Part shown: positions 24,341-30,846 of the stretch, one piece after another
How the letters are laid out: each line of letters begins with the position of its first letter
Position numbering within the stretch: the first letter of the stretch is position 1
Virus record (IMG/VR): IMGVR_UViG_3300031520_000197
Span: 1 to 30,846 of that record
Strand: one strand, 5' to 3'
Length of the DNA: 30,846 nucleotides
Origin: a virus
Taxonomy: Duplodnaviria; Caudoviricetes
The notes under the pieces: model-generated
Database searches by the model: none
Told to the model about the DNA's origin: nothing
The model's input: only the letters and a program-made list of their open reading frames with translations
Made by a program: the position numbers and the translations under genes

Positions 24341-27048
24341 TGGGATCGTCCGGCAGCACTCCAGATATCCGGGTCAAACTCACCGCGGACGGGGTGCAGC
24401 AGGTCATACAGGCCTTTAGACAGGTCAATCAAGAAGCCAAGAATATCCAGCCCGGTGGCGTCAGCCTTCTAACCAACGCTTTCAAGGATTTACAAGCCCT
24501 CCTGCCGGCAATCTCGCTCGGGCTGATCGTGCAGCAAGTCGTGCAGCTTGGCACTGAGGCTCTGGCAACGGCAGAGAACCTGGTGAGGATGTCACAGCGC
24601 ACCGGCGTTTCCGCTGGCACACTTTCGGTGTTCGGTCTGGCGGCAAAAGAGACGGGCGTCGATATGGATGCCGTTGGTATGGCAATAACGCGCCTGGATA
24701 AAGCGCAGGCGGACGCAGCCAACGGAGCAGCGAAGCCAAAGAAGGCATTTGAATCGCTCGGCATTACCTTTCAGCAGCTCAAAACGTTGACTCCAGATCA
24801 GCTTATGGTGCTGGTCGCGAACAAGCTGTCGGCCATCGAATCGCCAGCTACGCGCGCGCAAACGGCAATCAACCTCTTCGGAAAGGCCGGGGCGCAGCTG
24901 ATTCCCCTCTTGAATCGGATTGCGGATGAAGGGTTCGGCAACCTTGAGGAGAAGGCGAAGCGGCTAGGCGTCTACCTGGGCGAGGACTTTGAGGAGAAGG
25001 CTCGGCTGGCACAGATCAGCATGGGAGACCTCTCGGCGGCAGTGCAGGGTGCCGCGATGCAGTTCGTTAATGGTGCGATACCTGCTGTAAGTGGCTTGGC
25101 CGCCGCGCTATCTGCTCTTGCCGGCGGCGGCGATGGATTCTTCAAGCTGGGCCAATCTATTGGCGCCGGGGTGATCTACATCACCAGCGGATTTGTCTCC
25201 CTGGTAAAAGAAATCACCATTGCGGGCGCGACGTTTGATCTGTTCGCGACGAAAGCGCGGACGGCTGTCGACGGCGTCGGTGCGCTCAATGCGTTTACAT
25301 CGGGGGCGCGCGCAAAGTTCTCCGCAGATTACAGTGCGGATCTGGACAGGCAGGGGGAAGACAAGAACACGATCAACCAAGCGAAAATTGATGCCGCGCA
25401 AAGCCAAGCAGCCCTCGACAAGTCCTTCGCCGCGCTGTACGCACCAGCTAAGCCGGATCAACCCAACCGCGGCGGTAGAGGTGTAGATGGTAACGGCGAA
25501 AAACCAGCGAAACCAGTAGATCAGGATAAGATCGATGCCGCCGAAGCCGCGTATCTGCAGGCGAAGGCTGACAACGAGATAGCCATCCTTAAGACCCGAA
25601 ATCAAATCGAAGAGTCGGAAGACAAGCGCTCCTACGATGCCGGTCTGCTCACTCTGGACGACTACTACAATTCCCGCGCCGATCGCATCGCGAAGACTTC
25701 GAACGCTGAGGAGGCAGTGCTAGAGCAGAAGCTCGTCACCGCCCAGTCTTTGCCTCAATCTGATCCGGAGAAGGTGTTCAAGCGCCTTACGCAGATCGGT
25801 AAGGTGCAGACGGAAATCACAAATGAGCAGCTAAAGAGCGATTCGGACTTGCGGGCCAACGAAGAGGAGCGCTTGGCCGCTCGGTTCGCTAACGCGGAGA
25901 AAGAACTTGGCATCACCAAGCAGCTTCAACAGGCGGCGGGTGACAAAGATGCCGCTGCCGAGACTGGCCTCCTCATCGAGATCGCCGCTTACGAGAAACT
26001 GCTGCGCACGCAGGGGCTAAGTGAAGCAGCCATCAATGCCGAAACGTCGGCGTACAAAAAGCGCGGCGAGGCAAAGATAGCCTTTGACGAAAACCAGAAG
26101 AACGCCTCCTCCGTATCCGAGGATTACGCGTCGGCGAACGCCCTCGTAGACGCTCAAGTTGGTTCCGGGCGCATCACCAGCTACGCCGGCGATGTCGAGA
26201 AGCTGCAGTTTCAGCAGGAGGAGTTGGTGAAACTGCAAGCGATCGGCGCGCAACTAACGCTGAACGCGGCGGCCAGCGGTGACCAGACGGCAGTTGACAC
26301 CGCAAAGAAGTTCAACGACTCGCTGGTGATTCAGGCTGAAAAGCTGAAGAACGTGACGACGGCGACCGTGTATCTAAAGAATGAGCTATCGACTGCCGGA
26401 ACAGCAGCCCTTGGCACCTTCTTTTTCTCGATAATTGATGGGTCCAAGACTGCTGGCCAGGCCTTGTCGGACCTCGGTAAGTCGTTTGAGCAGATCATCT
26501 CCGGCATGATCTCGAAGCTATTTGTTTTTTACGCCCTCGAAGCCGTGGTTGGATTCATTTCGCCGGGCTCGGATTTATCGAAATCCCTGGACGCGTCAGG
26601 TCCGTTCGGTAAGTTTCAGGGCGGCGGGTACACGGGCAACGCTCCAGTGGACAAGGTAGCCGGCATTGTCCACGGTCAAGAGTACGTCTTCGATGCCGCG
26701 ACGACCTCGAAGAATCGAGCCTTGTTTGAGGCGATCTCATCGGGTACGGTGAATCTGGCTAGCACGGTCTCGTCCGGAATGAATATGGGTTCAATTCGTC
26801 CAGCGAACCTCTCGTATGCGACGGGCAGTAATCCGGAAGATGCTGCCGGCGGATCAACTCCGGTACAGGTGATTGTGAACAACTACACCGGCCAACCCGT
26901 GCAGCAGAGCAAGTCGAAAGGCTCAGACGGCGGTGACATCATCACGCTGGTGCTTGGTAAAGTCGCGCAGGACATCACCGGCAACGGGAAGGTTGGGCAG
27001 GCGATTATCACAACCTTCGGCTCCGTGCGCCAAGGGACGAAACGATAA
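24340..27048 (+). CDS. Tail tape measure protein (902 aa)
   Basis: Long Ala-rich helical protein; MSQRTGVS, LFGKAG, FQGGGYTG...GIVHGQEYV. Confidence 0.93.
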   Translation: MGSSGSTPDIRVKLTADGVQQVIQAFRQVNQEAKNIQPGGVSLLTNAFKDLQALLPAISLGLIVQQVVQLGTEALATAENLVRMSQRTGVSAGTLSVFGLAAKETGVDMDAVGMAITRLDKAQADAANGAAKPKKAFESLGITFQQLKTLTPDQLMVLVANKLSAIESPATRAQTAINLFGKAGAQLIPLLNRIADEGFGNLEEKAKRLGVYLGEDFEEKARLAQISMGDLSAAVQGAAMQFVNGAIPAVSGLAAALSALAGGGDGFFKLGQSIGAGVIYITSGFVSLVKEITIAGATFDLFATKARTAVDGVGALNAFTSGARAKFSADYSADLDRQGEDKNTINQAKIDAAQSQAALDKSFAALYAPAKPDQPNRGGRGVDGNGEKPAKPVDQDKIDAAEAAYLQAKADNEIAILKTRNQIEESEDKRSYDAGLLTLDDYYNSRADRIAKTSNAEEAVLEQKLVTAQSLPQSDPEKVFKRLTQIGKVQTEITNEQLKSDSDLRANEEERLAARFANAEKELGITKQLQQAAGDKDAAAETGLLIEIAAYEKLLRTQGLSEAAINAETSAYKKRGEAKIAFDENQKNASSVSEDYASANALVDAQVGSGRITSYAGDVEKLQFQQEELVKLQAIGAQLTLNAAASGDQTAVDTAKKFNDSLVIQAEKLKNVTTATVYLKNELSTAGTAALGTFFFSIIDGSKTAGQALSDLGKSFEQIISGMISKLFVFYALEAVVGFISPGSDLSKSLDASGPFGKFQGGGYTGNAPVDKVAGIVHGQEYVFDAATTSKNRALFEAISSGTVNLASTVSSGMNMGSIRPANLSYATGSNPEDAAGGSTPVQVIVNNYTGQPVQQSKSKGSDGGDIITLVLGKVAQDITGNGKVGQAIITTFGSVRQGTKR

Positions 27049-27413
27049 TGGCGAACTACTCATGGCCAACCGATCTCCCGCAAGAGCCCTTCGGACCAGC
27101 TCCGCCCACCTACACGCCGGCGGACAATACCATCCGCACCTCAACAGGATCAGGGCCGAACAAGCTTCGGCGTCGCTTCACGGCCACCACGGAAGACGTC
27201 ACCATCTCCCTCATCCTGACCGAAGCGCAGATGGCGACACTGTTCGATTTAGTCAAAAACCAGTTGTCTGAGGTGTTGCCCTTTGACTGGGTCGACCACC
27301 GTACCGGAGAGTCGGCAACCTATCGATTCAAGGCGGGGTACTCGTCCATCAAGCAAACCTTTTACGCGGGCAATCTTTGGACCGTGGCGATTGATTTGGA
27401 GCTCCTACCGTGA
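27048..27413 (+). CDS. Distal tail protein (gpM-like)
   Basis: WPTDLP, IRTSTGSGPNKLRRRFT, PFDWVD. Confidence 0.8.
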   Translation: MANYSWPTDLPQEPFGPAPPTYTPADNTIRTSTGSGPNKLRRRFTATTEDVTISLILTEAQMATLFDLVKNQLSEVLPFDWVDHRTGESATYRFKAGYSSIKQTFYAGNLWTVAIDLELLP

Positions 27414-27892
27414 GAACCGTCAGCCCAGCCGCGCTTCACGCCATGCTTTCGCAACAAACAGAGGAGGTATTTCTCGCTGCGTTGACGATCACGCACTCAA
27501 CGTTCGCCGCACCCTATCGACTCGTCTGCGATCAAGTTCCTCTGAACCGGGCGGCCGGAGTCTACGAGCCCTTTGCCTTCCAGATAAATTTGCCAAATGA
27601 GCAGGACGACCAAGTCCCTCAGGTCACGTTGACGATAGATAACGTAGACAACCAAATCCTCACAGCGATCCGAAACCTCCCTCCCGGTGAGCGACCGCAG
27701 ATCGTGATGGAAGTGGTGCTGGCGTCGCAGCCGGACACGGTGGAGTGCGGGCCATATTTCTATTCGCTGTTATCAGTCGATTACGATGTGTCGCAAATCA
27801 GTGGAACGCTTGGTTATGAGGACGATCTGCTGAACACGGCTATTCCATCCGAAAGCTACACGCCAACGAACTCGCCAGGGCTGTTCCTGTGA
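27410..27892 (+). CDS. Minor tail protein (DUF1833-like)
   Basis: LTITH, FQINLP, LTIDNVD, VLASQPD, FPGLF-like C-terminus (SPGLF). Confidence 0.8.
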   Translation: MRTVSPAALHAMLSQQTEEVFLAALTITHSTFAAPYRLVCDQVPLNRAAGVYEPFAFQINLPNEQDDQVPQVTLTIDNVDNQILTAIRNLPPGERPQIVMEVVLASQPDTVECGPYFYSLLSVDYDVSQISGTLGYEDDLLNTAIPSESYTPTNSPGLFL

Positions 27893-28284
27893 ATCCGCCC
27901 CGGTGGTGCGCTCCCTACATTGGCCTCGCGTTCGAAGATCACGGGCGGGGTCCAGCTTTTGATTGTTGGGGGATAGTCTGCGAGATATTCGCGAAAGAGC
28001 GTGGTGTTACGCTCCCTGATTACGTTGCTGCCTACGCGAGCGCCGGCGATCGGCACTCGGTGGCCGCAGCGGTGGAAGAGGGGTGCAAGTCGTGGCAGAA
28101 GGTATCAGATCCACAACCGTACGATGTTGTCATTATGCGTCTTGCCGGCAGGCCCTGGCATTGTGGTGTGATTGTGGCTGAAGACTGGATGCTGCACGCC
28201 TTATCTGATGTTGGCGTAGTGCTGGAAAAGGTCTCCTCGCCAGTATGGCGCAACCGGGTTGAGGGATTCTACCGCCATGACTGA
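27889..28284 (+). CDS. NlpC/P60 tail-assembly protein
   Basis: YIG..F...GR...FDCWG, HCGV, MLHA. Confidence 0.88.
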   Translation: MNPPRWCAPYIGLAFEDHGRGPAFDCWGIVCEIFAKERGVTLPDYVAAYASAGDRHSVAAAVEEGCKSWQKVSDPQPYDVVIMRLAGRPWHCGVIVAEDWMLHALSDVGVVLEKVSSPVWRNRVEGFYRHD

Positions 28285-30739
28285 TCTCGTTCCAGTCCTC
28301 GCCCGCCCTCATCCATTGAACTCAGAGACGGTGCGCTGTGACTTCCCAGTGGGCTCAACTATCGCCGATATGGTAGGCGGCGCAACTTTCTGTCGAGTGG
28401 AGATCGGCGGCATTGCGATCGAGGCGCGATGGTGGGGATACGTGCGACCGCACGCCGGCGTTGCCGTCTACATCACTCGATACCCCCAAGGCAGCGGCGG
28501 ATTCAAGACAATTCTGCGCATCGTGGCCTTCGCTGCACTCGCTGTTGGTGCCATCTACACTGCGGGCCTGGACACGGCACTCTTTGCTTCTCTGGGGTCC
28601 ACATTAGGGTTGGCAACCTCGACTGTTGCAGGCCTAGCCGCCGGAGCGCTAGGACTTGTCGGCTCGCTGGTTATCAATGCGCTCATCCCGCCGACTTCCA
28701 GCCTCGCCTCTGCGTCGACGCAGAGTACAGACACGCTGCGCAGCATCACGGGAACATCGAACAAGGCCAATCCATACGGGGCGATCCCATGCACCGTAGG
28801 CATTATGCTCGTCTACCCTACCTATTCAGCGCAGCCCTGGACGGAGCTCTCCGGCGACGATCAGTATTTGCGATGCGAATTTGACGCGGGGTCAGGCAAT
28901 CCGCTGATATCCGACTTTAAGATCGGCGCGTCCGATCTTGCAACCTACACCGATGTTGAGACGCAAGTGGGTCTCAACCCAGGCCTATTCTCCCAGCAGG
29001 TTTTAGAGAGTGCGGTCTCTGTAGACATGAAAGACGGAGACACCGTCGTTAGGACAAGCGACACAGATGCAGATGAAATCTCGCTTGATCTGATTTTCGC
29101 TTCGGGGCTTTTTGGTTTGGACGCAAACGGTAATGCGACGGCAGCTAACTGCCCTGTGCGCCTCGAATATACCTTGACCGGAACTCAATCCTGGCGCACG
29201 GCGGCTCAGGCCGGAGGGGTCACAGTTTCATTCAGCGGATGTTTTTTCACGCCCGACAATAACCTGCAAATCAAGAACAGCCAGCGCAAAGCCGTCCGCG
29301 TCGGAGTTCGATGGCGTCTGGACGTCCCAGGGCAGTACGACGTGCGCGTAATCCGATACACCACTGGGTACGGCGGCGCAGATCCAGCCACGCGGATCGG
29401 GGATATGGTCTGGACGGTGTTGCGAACGATCCGGTACACGCAATCGAGCAAGACCGGCACAACCAAACTGGCCATGCGGATCAAGGCCACGGATCAACTG
29501 AACGGCACCATCTCTCAGTTCAACTGGATCTCTGCTCAGCAGATTTCGGTGTGGGATGGTACGCAATGGCAGATTCACGCCACGGAGAATCCGGCGTGGA
29601 TCTATCGCTGGCTCCTGCGCGATTGCCCAGCAAACAAACGCCTTGTGGACCCTGGCCGAATCGATGACCAAGCCCTGATTGAATGGGCGGCAGAGTGCGA
29701 GGTGAAAGAGTACACCTTCTCTACGGTTCTAGATGCTGCGACAACGGTGTTTGCCCTCCTGCAGAACGTCTGCGCAGCCGGTCGCGCGAGCTTTGCCGTG
29801 AAGGACGGAAAATACAGCGTTGTCCGTGACGTCGCGCAAGAGGTTCCGATACAAGTGTTTACGCCGAGAAATTCGAATGCCTTCTCCGGATCACGAGCTT
29901 TTCCGGATACGGTCCATGCTCTTCGAGTCCAGTTCATCAATCCGGAGGCGAATTATCAGCAGGACGAGCGGATTGTGTACGACGACGGCTACAGCGAAGC
30001 GAACGCGACTAATTTCGAGACCTTCCCATTGACGGGATGCACCAATGCGAATGCAGCGTGGAGGCTGGGACGCTACCATCTCGCAGTCAGCAGGCTTCGC
30101 GCGAATACCTACACCTGGACAGCAGACATCGAAAACCTCGTATGTTCGCGCGGTGACCTTGTCCACGTGGCAAACGATGTAATCAACGTGGGTTTGGGCT
30201 GGGGACGTCTAAAGGTCACGACCGGCGCGGATCTCATCACAGCAGTTCAGACGGACGAGACTGTGACCCTCGAAGCCGGGAAAAGCTACTCCCTCAGAAT
30301 CACGCGGCAGGATGGAACGGTGGTTACTTCCGGGGTGACGTCGCCGACGCTGGGTGAGCCAACGAATTACCTGGAACTCGTAACCCCCGTGCCCGGCGCC
30401 ATGCCCGGTGATCTCTTTCTTTTCGGACTTGCGGATCAGGATGTCCTACCGCTGATCGTTTCCAAAATTGAAGCTTCAGCCGATTTTGCCGCAAAGATTA
30501 CTGCCGTGGATCAAGCCCCAGCGGTGCTGACTGCCGACGCGGGCGTACCGCCGACCTGGATATCGAGCATTACTGGCCAGCCCTACCTCGACACGCCCGA
30601 AGCGCCTTCCGGTCTAATCATCACGTCCCCACAGACCATCTCGCAGCCCGACGACTCCGGAAACACTCGCGGGACGGTCTCGATAGTGGTGCTGCAAAAC
30701 TCGCGGATAACGCGCATACAGGCGATTAGAAACCAATGA
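28277..30739 (+). CDS. Tail tip / host-specificity protein (gpI+gpJ-like)
   Basis: NKANPYGAIP, IKATDQLNG, ENPAW, HALRVQFINPE, RGDLVHV. Confidence 0.9.
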   Translation: MTDLVPVLARPHPLNSETVRCDFPVGSTIADMVGGATFCRVEIGGIAIEARWWGYVRPHAGVAVYITRYPQGSGGFKTILRIVAFAALAVGAIYTAGLDTALFASLGSTLGLATSTVAGLAAGALGLVGSLVINALIPPTSSLASASTQSTDTLRSITGTSNKANPYGAIPCTVGIMLVYPTYSAQPWTELSGDDQYLRCEFDAGSGNPLISDFKIGASDLATYTDVETQVGLNPGLFSQQVLESAVSVDMKDGDTVVRTSDTDADEISLDLIFASGLFGLDANGNATAANCPVRLEYTLTGTQSWRTAAQAGGVTVSFSGCFFTPDNNLQIKNSQRKAVRVGVRWRLDVPGQYDVRVIRYTTGYGGADPATRIGDMVWTVLRTIRYTQSSKTGTTKLAMRIKATDQLNGTISQFNWISAQQISVWDGTQWQIHATENPAWIYRWLLRDCPANKRLVDPGRIDDQALIEWAAECEVKEYTFSTVLDAATTVFALLQNVCAAGRASFAVKDGKYSVVRDVAQEVPIQVFTPRNSNAFSGSRAFPDTVHALRVQFINPEANYQQDERIVYDDGYSEANATNFETFPLTGCTNANAAWRLGRYHLAVSRLRANTYTWTADIENLVCSRGDLVHVANDVINVGLGWGRLKVTTGADLITAVQTDETVTLEAGKSYSLRITRQDGTVVTSGVTSPTLGEPTNYLELVTPVPGAMPGDLFLFGLADQDVLPLIVSKIEASADFAAKITAVDQAPAVLTADAGVPPTWISSITGQPYLDTPEAPSGLIITSPQTISQPDDSGNTRGTVSIVVLQNSRITRIQAIRNQ

Positions 30740-30846
30740 TCACTATTGACCACATGCAACTTCGATACCGTCCCGGCAGTCCGGTGGGGCCATGGACCTA
30801 CCTGCAATTTCCGTTTGGCCAAACAACAATTCAGCTAGAAGGATTT
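30736..30846 (+). CDS. 5' fragment of the next tail protein (FN3-like strands), truncated by the window edge
   Basis: ATGA overlap; MITIDHMQLRYRPGSPVGPWTYLQFPFGQTTIQLEGF is open to the end. Confidence 0.65.
   Translation, partial: MITIDHMQLRYRPGSPVGPWTYLQFPFGQTTIQLEGF

Noticed and set aside
27889-28284. NlpC/P60 as the endolysin
   Set aside because: Position between the DUF1833-like and J-like genes is that of a tail-assembly protein
28277-30846. Diversity-generating retroelement targeting tail genes
   Set aside because: No reverse transcriptase or TR/VR repeat pair visible in this window

Overview
The whole window is part of a temperate, long-tailed (siphovirus-type) phage or prophage with lambda-like head and packaging genes. 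Several genes resemble, from my recollection, Acidobacteria families, so the host assignment is an inference. Order: a leftward operon (cro-like HTH, xis, tyrosine integrase, deleted DUF5131 remnant); a rightward cI repressor flanked by two triplets of 17-bp TTGG-N9-CCAA operator-like sites; a long rightward early operon (pentapeptide-repeat protein, ERF recombinase, YqaJ exonuclease, a frameshifted HNH gene missed by the ORF track, replication initiator with an overlapping loader-like gene, a degenerate receiver-like protein, DUF551-like, RusA); a 1.2-kb defective IS1595-family element carrying small passenger genes; a cluster of small membrane, zinc-finger and HTH genes with no recognisable endolysin; a cos-like site; and intact-looking terminase, portal, protease/scaffold, capsid and tail genes, cut off at the right edge. 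I cannot see a CRISPR array, tRNA, rRNA, reverse transcriptase/DGR or att site. The most unusual features are the rewired genetic switch (cro leads xis-int while the cI-distal promoter leads all recombination and replication genes), the response-regulator-like gene, the IS1595 cargo element and the hidden HNH frame. No database search was possible, so novelty is unproven.
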